Shown here: piece after piece, positions 9,288 through 19,848 of the stretch
Layout: every line of letters begins with the position of its first letter
Numbering within the stretch: position 1 is the first letter of the stretch
Source: a virus
Lineage: Duplodnaviria; Caudoviricetes
Strand: one strand, 5' to 3'
IMG/VR virus record: IMGVR_UViG_3300044608_000441
Span: 1-35,112 of that record
DNA: 35,112 nt
Notes under the pieces: generated by a model
Seen by the model: the letters and a program-made list of their open reading frames with translations, nothing else
What the model was told of the DNA's origin: nothing
The model's database searches: none
Position numbers and translations under genes: made by a program

Positions 9288-12200
9288 TGGCTTCCGTCTT
9301 TCTTGGTGGCATCTTTCATAGTATCCTCTTCAAAGTAACGATTAATTAAAAGTTGCACTTTTGGGTGCCAAGTTTTTGAAATATTATCAATATACTCTAT
9401 ATAATTATTTTTTAATATAGACTTATTTGGACTACCATATGGCAATCCCTGATAAGCAGATACAACAGTATTTCTTATCTCCATAAAAGTAGATATATCT
9501 TCCCATACTTTTGTCTTTCCGTATTTTTCCATCCAGGCTTCATTGTTTACAATTTCATTTAAGCCATAAGCATAACGGAAAGATTTGTCTCCACGTACCG
9601 CATCATTATACTCTGTCCACCAGTCTTCACTTTGACTTCTAATGTATTCTCTTGCGTAAGTTCTTCTAGCCTCCAGCAAATCTGGATAGGAACGTAAAGA
9701 TTTATTTTCTTTGCGGTTAGCAGCAACTTCTTTAAGTTTATCTGTAACCTCATTATATAAACCCCAAGCACGGTTTACTTGTCTTTTTTGTTCCTCTTGC
9801 TTAGGATTTAACTTCAAGTTATTTAATAAACTACCATCTGGAAGTTTTGTCTCTGGGTCATTTAATATTCTATATACAGATAGATTAAATTCTTCTTTAT
9901 TCATATCTACATCAAGGCCAAGCAGGCCAACTAGTTCTGAATTTTGACTGGCAAGTTTTTCGGCTAAGCCAGTTGAGTCCTCAAATATGCGCTTATAGGA
10001 TTCGTAATTGGGTTGAATATAAGACCTAGCACTTGAACCCTTAAACGTAACTCTATCTAATGGAAAGTTTGCGCCCATCTTAGCCGTAAATTCAGTGCCA
10101 GCAAGTTCACGGGCGGTACTCTCATTGTTAGCAATCATTCTATATTTGTTAACTAATAAGTCATAAGCATCTTCATATATAGCCATTGGGTTGGTATCAA
10201 CTTTGGCAGGTGCGCCGAAAACAGATGCAAATGACCAACCTGCTCTAACTGCAAAGTTTTTTCTAGTATCACGATAAACAGTTTCAGCGCCAGGATATTT
10301 CATAATCTTTAATTCATCTAATGTTCTGTAATAGTTATGAACATCTTTCCAAGAGTTCAAGAAATCTTGATTACCTTCAGGTCCGTTTAAATAAAACCAA
10401 GCATCTTTTGCCCAACGTGGAATAAATGAAGATGTCCAATCGGTTTGTGGGCCATATGGAAATAAAACATCATAATTAGAGCCCAACCAGGACTTCATTA
10501 AGTCTTCCATATCTGGTTTACGCTTATAAATTTCTGATACCGCTATATTAGAAAATATAGATGGAGATGGATAGTTAAGTAAGAATCCAATAGAACGAGC
10601 ATTTAATCTAATGCCCTTATCGCCAAAGAATCCCATTTCCTTGGTTCCTGGTACTACTAAGTGTGTAGCCTTCATTGGGTCATCAGTAGGATTGCCGTAC
10701 TGGTCTACACCAAATGACCTAAATGCTGCTTGATAGTTATATAGAAATTGACCTACACGTTCTGGATTCTTTAATGCAAATCGTCCATAACGATAAAAAG
10801 CATTAAGAGAAGCAGTAGGAAAAGCAGTTGCTACACGAGCAGCATACAGTGCTCTATTCTGTCTGCGAATTGTATAAAATGTTTTTTCATTGGCTTCCAG
10901 GGCATCACGAGTTGCTGCTGCACGTAAAGAATTTATTCTGTCAAAGTCTGTGGTTCCATCTTTTTTTACAAAAGACATACCCTGCTCTGCTAATTGATTA
11001 GCCCGCTTGGCCAAAGCATCCGCAAAGAACATATCAGCGGTAGCAAAACGAACTGGATTTTCTGGTCTAGTTAAATAACCAAATATTTTTGAAGCCCCAC
11101 GACTAATTGCTCCTTCAATTTTATTTAAGTTACTGTATCCAAATTCAGATGCTGTATGAACATTAAATTCTAAAGGATGAATTGGGCTAAGTCTATTTAG
11201 TTCGTTACCTAAAATTTTAGCCAATTCAGCAGAGTTAACCTCTTTAGATAAAGCAAGTGCTTGTGCTTCAATATTAGGTAAATACCTATTTACTAAGCCA
11301 ACTCTATCACGTACTGTTTCTACTATAAAAGATGGATTAACTTCTCCAAATTGCTGGAAATAAGTCTTGCCCTCAGAGGTAAGCCCCCAGTCAATTAATT
11401 CTTTTTCGGTAGCCCTAGCAAATATTTTATCTATTAATTTATCTCCACGAAGTCCACGATTAACAAAGTATGCTAATTCTTCAAAGTATAGTGGGTCATT
11501 TACAAAAGTAACGGTAGACGGTCCACGCCTTAAAATTAAATTGGAATGAACGCCAAGCCCAACCTCGCCAAGATAACCTGCGGACATTGTTCTTGAGTTA
11601 GAAAATTCTGGAGTAAAAGAAGAACCAAATTGATTTTTACTAAATAATGAATCAAATGGAATCCATTGTCCAGCAATCATTCTATATTGTTTTGGTTTTC
11701 CATAACGACGCTCTTTATAGGCAGCATCTTTTAAATATACATCAGCCTGTGCTGTACGTGCCTCGCCAAGTGAGCCGTAAATATCATCAATCTCTTTATA
11801 TTGCCTAGCAATTTCCTTATTAGCAGCCAAAATTTCTTTAGAGTCTGGAGTAAGAGTATGTATGGAACCTTTAGCCTTAGTAATAGCAGATTTAGCATTA
11901 GCAATTTGGGCGCCATACTTGGCAGTTCCTTCAGGTAAAGATTCTAAAAATTGCACCCTACGTTCTAAAGAGGCAATAGTGGGAACCTTGGACATTTTAG
12001 CAAATGGCCTAACTGCATCACGCAGTTCAAACTCAATATCATCAACTAATTTAGATGCAGCCTTTAAGTCAGCCAAAATTAAAGGTCGATTATCTTTAAG
12101 AGTTTTAGGAGATAATTTAACCGCATATTTTTCTGGTTCTAAATATAATGCTGCGTGGGCAGTTAAATTGTCAAGTAAGTTTACTGCTTCATTTAATTGA

Positions 12201-14353
12201 TTTGTTAAATCATTAACTGCCTTATCAACCGCTTTGAATTCTTTTTTATTTAAAACCTTATTTGCTGTACCTAAGACTCTTTGTTTGTTGTTAAACAAGA
12301 AGTTTTTGCTCATAGTGGGAACGCCATCTATAACAGCCTTGTTTCCAAATGCCATCATAGAACTAAGTGATGGTTCAAATAAAGAGTTTTTTGGAATATA
12401 GGTTAAGCGACCAAGTGCGCCTATAGTCCAATATTTATTAAATGTTTCATAAAAAAACTTAATTGCATCGTTAGTTTGGTCTAATGCTTTTTTAGATTTG
12501 CTTTTTTGTATAGCGGTATTAAGTTCTCTCTCAATTATGCCCCAAGGAACCATACGTCGACTTTCAATTAATTGACGTTGAGTTTGTGGGTTAACAAGAA
12601 TGCGTTCGCTTTGTGCATCCATTCCGTAACCTTTTTGGGCTATAGAATTGGTTGCACCAAATATTTGATTTTTTATTTCTGTAGTAAAAGATTTTATTGC
12701 ACCAGCGTCAGAAAAGCCTTTTGTGTAACCAATGATTAAACCCATTTGGTCGTCTAATTTATCAAGGATATTATTACGCTCTATATTTGTTTTTGCATTA
12801 ACAAACTCGGATTTGATTTGAGTCCTATACTCACCAGCACTTATTGAATCCCTGGGTGTAATTTTTATTAAATTTGAACCATTGCGGAATAAATCAATAT
12901 CATCAAACCAAGCATCAATTTCTTTTAATCCATCAAGTGGACGAGCGCCCGAATAGGTAACAAATCCCAGAGGTTTTTCGGTGCCAACAAATCTAACAAT
13001 TTTTGTAATAGGACCATTTAAAGAACGACCAAGAATTCTTTCTTCAATTCCGCCCATTTTGGTAAAATCTCTAGTTATGGAGGCGGTTTTTAAATCTTGG
13101 AATTTCTCACGAGTTTTAATAAATGTGCCTCTACCAACAATTGGCTCCATTGGTACATAGTCTCTTCCAAACATAGTTGGAGTACCAGTTTTGGAGTCAA
13201 GCAAGGCATCTTTAATAAATTGATATTCAGGCACTTTGGCGATTGCATCATCAAATGCTGCATTTAAGCGAGTCCAAGCCTCATCTGAAAACTCTAATGG
13301 CTTGCCTTCTTCAATTCTTCTTGCACGAAATACAGAGTTCATATCTGCAATTTCATAAAGGTCTGCAGGAACATTTTTAGATAATCTATCTAATGCTGGC
13401 AGGTATCCCTTGTCGGCAAGAATTAAATCTTTAACTGTATTTGGGTCTGTTGCTCTTTGGATGGGACCATAAAGATTAATGTTATTTGTATATTTATTAA
13501 GTATTGTGGATACTTCTTCTATATCTGAAGTACTTGCTAACTTATTAATATCATTTCCAATTGTGGTTTGACGACCAGATGCTGCGCTACTTTGGGTATA
13601 TAGAATGCCATCGTCAATGTCTTTTTCAATCTTACTAAAGTTATTTGCCTTGGTTGTTAAACCAGCCTTGCGAGCACCCAAGTAGCCACTTTTAGCAGCG
13701 AGGCCAAATGCACCGCTAATCGCTAAATTGGATACTGCAAAATCTACTGTTCCAGTAAAATATTTACCAACTGTATTATCAACAAATGCTCTTTGAATAT
13801 CATCATCATTCCACAAATTAATTTCGTCTAAATTAATTCCGCCCTTATCAAATACAAGATTGGTAATTTCTTTGATTGGATTTAGGTCTGATTTAGTTAA
13901 TGCTTGTCCAAGGCTAACTTCTTCAGAGCGGTTATAAGCCTCTGTAATATCTGATAATTGAAATCCTTTAGTAAATTCATCTGAATACAAAGGTGAATCA
14001 AGGTCCGTGAGTAATGCTGCGGAGGCAATTGGTCGGGTAATATATGGAGATATAACTTCGTCGTGAAGTTTTACTCCAGCCTGTAATACTAAGTCATTGC
14101 TGGTTGCCTGGTTCTTTACTGAATACTTTAAATTTTCTTTAACAATTGCTTGCGCTTCTTTTTCTAAACCCAGAGCACTTAATTGTCTACTAGTTCCAAT
14201 ATCAACACCAGCGGAAATGGCAATGTTTGAAATAGCCTGAGAAGGTGAGGCTAGGTTACCAGTAAATGTACCTATAAAAGTTTCAGGAATCTTGGCAATT
14301 GCACCACCAACAGGTTTGGCGATATTGTCTAGGAAACTACTCCATAATGACAT
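9284..14353 (-). CDS. Large putative internal virion / DNA-ejection protein (1689 aa)
   Basis: AAGGAG RBS. Very long helical protein in the head operon. No tape-measure periodicity or polymerase motif recognised. Confidence 0.6.
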   Translation of the reverse strand: MSLWSSFLDNIAKPVGGAIAKIPETFIGTFTGNLASPSQAISNIAISAGVDIGTSRQLSALGLEKEAQAIVKENLKYSVKNQATSNDLVLQAGVKLHDEVISPYITRPIASAALLTDLDSPLYSDEFTKGFQLSDITEAYNRSEEVSLGQALTKSDLNPIKEITNLVFDKGGINLDEINLWNDDDIQRAFVDNTVGKYFTGTVDFAVSNLAISGAFGLAAKSGYLGARKAGLTTKANNFSKIEKDIDDGILYTQSSAASGRQTTIGNDINKLASTSDIEEVSTILNKYTNNINLYGPIQRATDPNTVKDLILADKGYLPALDRLSKNVPADLYEIADMNSVFRARRIEEGKPLEFSDEAWTRLNAAFDDAIAKVPEYQFIKDALLDSKTGTPTMFGRDYVPMEPIVGRGTFIKTREKFQDLKTASITRDFTKMGGIEERILGRSLNGPITKIVRFVGTEKPLGFVTYSGARPLDGLKEIDAWFDDIDLFRNGSNLIKITPRDSISAGEYRTQIKSEFVNAKTNIERNNILDKLDDQMGLIIGYTKGFSDAGAIKSFTTEIKNQIFGATNSIAQKGYGMDAQSERILVNPQTQRQLIESRRMVPWGIIERELNTAIQKSKSKKALDQTNDAIKFFYETFNKYWTIGALGRLTYIPKNSLFEPSLSSMMAFGNKAVIDGVPTMSKNFLFNNKQRVLGTANKVLNKKEFKAVDKAVNDLTNQLNEAVNLLDNLTAHAALYLEPEKYAVKLSPKTLKDNRPLILADLKAASKLVDDIEFELRDAVRPFAKMSKVPTIASLERRVQFLESLPEGTAKYGAQIANAKSAITKAKGSIHTLTPDSKEILAANKEIARQYKEIDDIYGSLGEARTAQADVYLKDAAYKERRYGKPKQYRMIAGQWIPFDSLFSKNQFGSSFTPEFSNSRTMSAGYLGEVGLGVHSNLILRRGPSTVTFVNDPLYFEELAYFVNRGLRGDKLIDKIFARATEKELIDWGLTSEGKTYFQQFGEVNPSFIVETVRDRVGLVNRYLPNIEAQALALSKEVNSAELAKILGNELNRLSPIHPLEFNVHTASEFGYSNLNKIEGAISRGASKIFGYLTRPENPVRFATADMFFADALAKRANQLAEQGMSFVKKDGTTDFDRINSLRAAATRDALEANEKTFYTIRRQNRALYAARVATAFPTASLNAFYRYGRFALKNPERVGQFLYNYQAAFRSFGVDQYGNPTDDPMKATHLVVPGTKEMGFFGDKGIRLNARSIGFLLNYPSPSIFSNIAVSEIYKRKPDMEDLMKSWLGSNYDVLFPYGPQTDWTSSFIPRWAKDAWFYLNGPEGNQDFLNSWKDVHNYYRTLDELKIMKYPGAETVYRDTRKNFAVRAGWSFASVFGAPAKVDTNPMAIYEDAYDLLVNKYRMIANNESTARELAGTEFTAKMGANFPLDRVTFKGSSARSYIQPNYESYKRIFEDSTGLAEKLASQNSELVGLLGLDVDMNKEEFNLSVYRILNDPETKLPDGSLLNNLKLNPKQEEQKRQVNRAWGLYNEVTDKLKEVAANRKENKSLRSYPDLLEARRTYAREYIRSQSEDWWTEYNDAVRGDKSFRYAYGLNEIVNNEAWMEKYGKTKVWEDISTFMEIRNTVVSAYQGLPYGSPNKSILKNNYIEYIDNISKTWHPKVQLLINRYFEEDTMKDATKKDGSQ

Positions 14354-14362
14354 TATATCTCC

Positions 14363-14557
14363 TTAAATTCTTTTACGTTTAGGGGTGCTACCTTGAGGTT
14401 GTTCTTGCGTGATTGCTTCTATAAAAGCATCTCTATCATCTACTGAGTCCCAAGGGATTAATGATAGTTTAACTATTATTCCTAGATTTTGATAACCTAA
14501 AGAATTTGCAAATTTATCTACATTGTCAAAAATACTACCAGAAATAAATGCACTCAT
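14363..14557 (-). CDS. Hypothetical protein (64 aa)
   Basis: ATGA overlap with the upstream gene. Confidence 0.7.
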   Translation of the reverse strand: MSAFISGSIFDNVDKFANSLGYQNLGIIVKLSLIPWDSVDDRDAFIEAITQEQPQGSTPKRKRI

Positions 14558-15012
14558 TGCATCTCTTTGATAATATAATTCAAAAATTGTTTATATGAAT
14601 CTGGTGCGTCAGGGTCTTGACCAGCAGCAAGAAGTGATGGACCATATTTGTTTATGATTGCTTTGTTTTCAATTAATCTTTCATCATTGCGAAGCGAGGC
14701 TGGTAATACACTTTCTCCTGCGCCACGTCCAAAGTTTACGCCAGCGGATTGTGGCTCCATTGGTCGTTGAGTATCATCTAATAAAGTTCTGATAGCACCC
14801 ATATCAAGTGCTGGTGTTCCTTCTGCTTTTGCCAATTTTGCTCCACCTTGTTGCGCCATAGTTTCTACTCCAGTAGAACCTAAACTTTTCATATCTGGTA
14901 TATACATATTTGGTTGACCATCTTTAGAGCCTGCGCCACCATTTGCCGACACACCAAATTTATTTTGTGGAGAGTCTGGTCGGTTACCGCCACTGTTTTC
15001 GTTGCCAGCCAC
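14554..15012 (-). CDS. Hypothetical Gly-rich virion-region protein (152 aa)
   Basis: GGAGG RBS before the GTG start. Confidence 0.75.
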   Translation of the reverse strand: MAGNENSGGNRPDSPQNKFGVSANGGAGSKDGQPNMYIPDMKSLGSTGVETMAQQGGAKLAKAEGTPALDMGAIRTLLDDTQRPMEPQSAGVNFGRGAGESVLPASLRNDERLIENKAIINKYGPSLLAAGQDPDAPDSYKQFLNYIIKEMQ

Positions 15013-15020
15013 TGTGCCTC

Positions 15021-15563
15021 CTACTTAATTTTCTTTGGTTGCTCTTTTGATATATAAGGGCCTGCAGTAAATGCAGTTAATTTAGATGCAATCTCCATTG
15101 CCTCGTAAGCGTCGGCTCCCGCATATATTGCACCCAATGCATATGCTGCTCCCGAACCTGCAGCGTATACTCCATCTGCAGATTTACTTATAGATAACTC
15201 TTGGTCAACATCAAATATCTCGCCACCAACAGCCATTATAAATTGAAATCTAGTTTCTTTTGTATCTTCATCAAAATTGTAGCCATTATCTGTCATACAT
15301 TTACGAAGAGATGGCATTGCCTTTGTAATCATAAAACGATAAAGGTCTTCTCTGTCTTGCTTTGTAGGAACTGGTGACTCCCAAATATGTTGCGCTATAT
15401 CACAGGCTAATGTTTCACCAGAACCTGCAATTAAAAACGAACCATTCTCGGTAATTTTTTTAACTTCAGGATGAGAATAAATTTTACCATCAGCATCAGT
15501 TGTCTGACTATCAGCAACTAAAAAACATTTATCCTTGTGCTCTATTCCAATTATAGTTGTCAT
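15021..15563 (-). CDS. Ntn-hydrolase, proteasome beta / HslV-like threonine protease
   Basis: M-T-T-IIG N-terminal nucleophile, ADSQTT, KKI (catalytic Lys region), IAGSG, and YAAGSGAAYALGA (GSG motif). Confidence 0.85.
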   Translation of the reverse strand: MTTIIGIEHKDKCFLVADSQTTDADGKIYSHPEVKKITENGSFLIAGSGETLACDIAQHIWESPVPTKQDREDLYRFMITKAMPSLRKCMTDNGYNFDEDTKETRFQFIMAVGGEIFDVDQELSISKSADGVYAAGSGAAYALGAIYAGADAYEAMEIASKLTAFTAGPYISKEQPKKIK

Positions 15564-15577
15564 TGTCCCCCACCTAG

Positions 15578-17347
15578 TTAACCTCTGGTTACGACTCTTG
15601 CGCCTGCTTTACCAGATGCGGTAAGGCTTGAAAGAATTGTTTGAATATCTGGTGCTTCTTCCTGTGGTGGAAGAGCGCCTCCTACTGGCGAGGCTTCGGG
15701 AGCAGGGGACGTTTGCTCAACCATCTGTGCCTGACCAGCAGGAGGAACCTGTGGTTGTGCAGGAGCAGGTGCTGGTGCAAATACCTCAGCAATTGCTTCC
15801 TCTATTGTCGTCCCTTTTTGTCTTAGTTTAATTACGTTTGCAATCTTCTTTACAATGTCACTTGGGTCTTGACCCTGTGCTGCCATACCAGGAATTGCTT
15901 GGCTGTATGCTTGAATTGAAGATAACAACGATTGACGCATATTTTCAATTTCAATCTTCTCTTGTTCTTGTCCAACGTTAACAGAGAATGGCATTTCACG
16001 CATAGCCATATCCTTAGAGATAAGTCCGCCACCTAGTGCTTGTAGCATAAAGATTAATCCCTGGGCAGGATTTAAACCTGCAAGCATTCCATATCGAACA
16101 TCGGCTGAGTAGTCGCCCTTGATGTCTTTTGATGGTTCGTAGGTAATCTCATATGGAGAGCCAGAATCTACGCCACGTATAGTTTTGGAGCCAGGGAATA
16201 CTTTTTCGTCCACCTCAAAACAGATACTGATTACTTCACGAAGGGCTGATGCAAAAATTGCTTGTGCTGATTTAATCTGTGTATCAAATGCACCCATCAA
16301 AGCCTGTACGCCCTGACCAGTTACAATTGAAGCATCAATGTTTCCTGTACGAGATTCAGGATAACGTGAGCCTACACGAAGTTCTTGATTTAATATTGTT
16401 TGTTCTGTGAATGCACCTTGTGGAAGAGTAAGTTCTACACGACGTACACCCGCTGGATTGGCTGTGCGGATAATCGCATCGCCACCAAGTTGTAATTCAT
16501 TTACATCGCTAGGAAGTACGATTGGAGACTGCACAGATTTCTCTGCTGCTTCCATTGCAAGCATAGCAAAACGATTACGAAGCAGTTGAATACCAAGTAC
16601 ATCATCAAACTGTCCACGAATATCATCGTCAACGTTTGGGCGCTTAGCAACTACAATCATTAATTTACCAATTGGGTTATTGGCTTTTGATAAAACTAAG
16701 TTATCACGACGTGGTATATAAATAACTGATTGGTCTTTATCGTAATAACGTATAATCTCAATCAATCCATTTAGGTCTTGGTCATAGCCCATAGGTCCAA
16801 GCAGTTGACGCTCATACTCTGGGAACTGTGCACACAATTCACCTAATGTTAGAGAATATAACTTAGCAAATGCAATGCAGCGCCCATAGCGGTCAAATTC
16901 GGGATAAGCCATCCTAGAGTTTTCTATGCGGATGCGAGGCATTTGGTTTTCTTCGTCGAGTTCAATTACGAACACAGCGAAACCATAAGTTATATATCTA
17001 TCTGCTCCTGAGTACATTTGTACCGCAAGGTCAGAATGGTTAAAATAATTAGAAGCGACACGAGTGCGCTTATCAGCAAAAGCACGGGCACGGTCAGAAA
17101 CAGAATTCGCCGCAGAACAGTTGACTGCAGGCAGAGGTGCCATAACCTCGGAAAGGTCCCTAGCAACAATATCAATAAAATTTGCAACGACATTTACATC
17201 TACGCCCTCTGGAAAAAAATCAGGATAAACGTCGGCAATTTTGCCTTGACGTACAGCAAGTACATCTCCAGCACGAGCATCACGCTCTGATGCACGATAC
17301 TTGAGTGATTCAACTCGTGCAGCGATTTGTCTAATGTCTAAAGCCAT
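15578..17347 (-). CDS. Portal protein
   Basis: 589 aa directly after the terminase gene. VANFIDIVARD, YITYGFAVF and a Pro/Gln/Ala-rich C-terminal tail, as in podovirus portals. Confidence 0.8.
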   Translation of the reverse strand: MALDIRQIAARVESLKYRASERDARAGDVLAVRQGKIADVYPDFFPEGVDVNVVANFIDIVARDLSEVMAPLPAVNCSAANSVSDRARAFADKRTRVASNYFNHSDLAVQMYSGADRYITYGFAVFVIELDEENQMPRIRIENSRMAYPEFDRYGRCIAFAKLYSLTLGELCAQFPEYERQLLGPMGYDQDLNGLIEIIRYYDKDQSVIYIPRRDNLVLSKANNPIGKLMIVVAKRPNVDDDIRGQFDDVLGIQLLRNRFAMLAMEAAEKSVQSPIVLPSDVNELQLGGDAIIRTANPAGVRRVELTLPQGAFTEQTILNQELRVGSRYPESRTGNIDASIVTGQGVQALMGAFDTQIKSAQAIFASALREVISICFEVDEKVFPGSKTIRGVDSGSPYEITYEPSKDIKGDYSADVRYGMLAGLNPAQGLIFMLQALGGGLISKDMAMREMPFSVNVGQEQEKIEIENMRQSLLSSIQAYSQAIPGMAAQGQDPSDIVKKIANVIKLRQKGTTIEEAIAEVFAPAPAPAQPQVPPAGQAQMVEQTSPAPEASPVGGALPPQEEAPDIQTILSSLTASGKAGARVVTRG

Positions 17348-17354
17348 TTATTTC

Positions 17355-19223
17355 CTAACTGTATGTTTCAGCCCATTGTTCTGCGAAGGCTTCATTTAAG
17401 TCGATTGAGTGTCTTTGTTGTCTTTGTGCTTTAGTTGCCCAACGATTATTAGCGAACTTAGAAGCGGTTGAAGTTTGTTGCATTAATTCTCTTACCTTGA
17501 TAATAGCAAACCACAAAGCCATTACGGTATCTGTAGGGTTTCTAGTATCTGGCTTCCAAGTAATTAATTGTTGAACTAATGTCTTAAGACCTTCTGAGCC
17601 TTCATTAGAAGGAAGTTCAATAACATTGTTATCTTGAAACCGTGAGTCACGGGTATTACCAAACAGCATAGCCATAGAGGCCACACCGAAAGATGCGTCC
17701 CATTTATTCTTACCAGTAAAGTGTGAGTTGAGTTGGCAACCGTATTGGCCTAGCCAGTTTCTCAAATCATCATCTAAGGCGTAAGCCTTCTGGTGTGCGT
17801 TGATTTCAATTCTTATCTCTTGGGGTTTGTACTTGATAACCCACTCTTCGATAAGGTCTCTGATTCTTTGTGGAGTAGTGTCGGTCATATTGACACAATC
17901 CAAAATATAAATTTTTCCGTCAGTGCGATTGTAAGTAATTACTACCGCTCCTGTGGCTCCTGCCATCGCTGGGTCGAGGCCAATAACTGTATATGCAGAT
18001 TCAATATGCTTCGGATGTCCTGGGACTCCAGGCTTGAGAGGTCCTCGTTTTCGCATTCCATTAACGCTACCTGCGACACAGGTCGGCGAAAATATGGAGT
18101 TCTCAACAACATCTTCTTGCTGATATACCATCGCCCAAACGGACGGGGTAACTTCTGAGCGCCTTGTGAATAAGGCTGGTCCATCCCACTTTGCATATAA
18201 TCCATCTTCGCCTGGCTCGTCAATTTCAATTTCTGGTCTATCGGTTTTTGGCCAAAGCGTTTTCCAATTTTCTGGCTCTTCGTCAAACTCTAAAACTGCA
18301 GGACAAGCAAAGTAGGTAAATGGAGATTTACCACCTGTCCATTGCGAACCGTCCCGTAGCATCTTGTATAAATCAATTGGGGCAACACGGGTTCCTACAA
18401 TGAGTAACTTGCCGTGTCGTCCCAAACGGGTGATGACTTCTTTTTGAAGCCATTCAATTTGCTTCTCCCACTCGTGGGCATTTGCATTCATCACCACATC
18501 GTCTAAAACGATTAAGTCGGCACGAGCACCGTAAATCTGAGAACCGATACCTAGGGCCTGCACCGTAGGGTCCTTCTCGCCAGAGTCACGTCCTGTGCCT
18601 AGATAAATCATATCTGCTGACCATTGGGTAGCGTCAGACTTGTATCCACCATTAGGACCAAATGCGGTATGCAACTTGGTAAAGTTTGGGTGGGTCAACC
18701 TGTCCTTGATTTGTCCCAAAAATTTTCGAGCCATACTCTGAGTTTTAGAAACTATAATAACCCGTGAGTTAGGATTGGTTACGATTTTCCAAGTTACATA
18801 ATTTGAGGTTATGGTTGTGGACTTGGCGTGCTCAGGTGGCACATTGATTAGGATGCGCTTGTCTGAGGCTTTCTCGTAAACCATCGAGGGGTGAATCCAA
18901 GATGGGTCCTTACCCTCTATCAACTCAATCCAATTTTTCTGGTGAGGGAATATCTGGGTATCTAAGAACTGACTACAGAAATCTTCGTAGGTGATGTCCT
19001 TTAGGTTGGCTAGGTCGGCCTTAAAGCCTTTACCTGCCAGACGGGCTTTGTCAGATGCTTCCTTAAACTCAGGGTCCTGCATCGACCATTGGCGGAAGGT
19101 GACATCGTTTCGTCCTACCGCTGACATAGCGTTGGTAATTGTGGAGCCTTGTTCCAATAGGGCTAGAACCTTCTTCTGAGCCTCGCCCTTTGGGATATTT
19201 TGTACCCCTGGTTTTCTGCCCAT
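17355..19223 (-). CDS. terL: Terminase large subunit with N-terminal HTH-like extension
   Basis: FPHQ adenine-binding motif, Walker A VPPEHAKST, Walker B LIVLDD, coupling motif VGTR, nuclease IGLDPA and DTVMA. Confidence 0.92.
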   Translation of the reverse strand: MGRKPGVQNIPKGEAQKKVLALLEQGSTITNAMSAVGRNDVTFRQWSMQDPEFKEASDKARLAGKGFKADLANLKDITYEDFCSQFLDTQIFPHQKNWIELIEGKDPSWIHPSMVYEKASDKRILINVPPEHAKSTTITSNYVTWKIVTNPNSRVIIVSKTQSMARKFLGQIKDRLTHPNFTKLHTAFGPNGGYKSDATQWSADMIYLGTGRDSGEKDPTVQALGIGSQIYGARADLIVLDDVVMNANAHEWEKQIEWLQKEVITRLGRHGKLLIVGTRVAPIDLYKMLRDGSQWTGGKSPFTYFACPAVLEFDEEPENWKTLWPKTDRPEIEIDEPGEDGLYAKWDGPALFTRRSEVTPSVWAMVYQQEDVVENSIFSPTCVAGSVNGMRKRGPLKPGVPGHPKHIESAYTVIGLDPAMAGATGAVVITYNRTDGKIYILDCVNMTDTTPQRIRDLIEEWVIKYKPQEIRIEINAHQKAYALDDDLRNWLGQYGCQLNSHFTGKNKWDASFGVASMAMLFGNTRDSRFQDNNVIELPSNEGSEGLKTLVQQLITWKPDTRNPTDTVMALWFAIIKVRELMQQTSTASKFANNRWATKAQRQQRHSIDLNEAFAEQWAETYS

Positions 19224-19289
19224 TTGGTTGCCCTCTGTGTCCCTTTTAAATCGGTATAATAACGGTCCCTAAAAACGGTAGACCTCTGC

Positions 19290-19520
19290 TATATATTATA
19301 TTATTATTATATATATTAGGAGTTGCCGTAGAGCAAACGGAGGCAACTCCGTTAAGATAATATATATTATCTTTACATATATAGATAACCTGTTTTTTTC
19401 TTAAAACCGAACAGATAATCCTAATAATTTTTTATAATGTCCGAATTATACATATATTAGGGCGAATATAACAGAAAAATTTAGGGTAAGTATATATATA
19501 TTATAGTAAGCAAATTAAAT
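19290..19520. other. AT-rich island with GC inverted repeat upstream of late operon (candidate origin/pac/promoter region)
   Basis: TATA-rich tracts flank the inverted repeat GGAGTTGCC-N14-GGCAACTCC (19319-19350). Confidence 0.5.
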
Positions 19521-19848
19521 AACCCTAGGGTCAAATGGCAAACCTAACGGTTTGGAAAAAGTCTAACCCTTTAGTTGAGGTTTAGGGTTATCTTTTTTGT
19601 CTTAAGACTTAATAAAAGGATTTTCTAAGGGCTTAAAAATAAATTCCTTGGATTGATTTAAGGCTGGACTATCCCCCCTTCCAATTCGGCGGGGTTATTA
19701 ATTGTCGACAAATTGACATTATCTCTCAGATAATTCTCAGGTAGAATTCACCTGCAATTCACCTACACAATTACACAATTGGTCAATTGTAGGATATGCT
19801 GAGGTTATTAAGAGGGAAATTCCTTCTTAAGACGGGAGAAGAAAGAAA

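Noticed and set aside
9284-14353. Virion RNA polymerase or tape measure protein
   Set aside because: No DxDGD-type or T7-like polymerase motifs seen; no tape-measure periodicity; no tail tube or chaperone genes nearby.
5696-19179. Short plus-strand and alternate-frame ORFs within structural genes
   Set aside because: Nested in long, motif-bearing minus-strand genes; no RBS or recognisable motifs.
19481-19590. Telomere-like TTAGGG repeats
   Set aside because: Only a few scattered, non-tandem copies, better explained as local inverted repeats.
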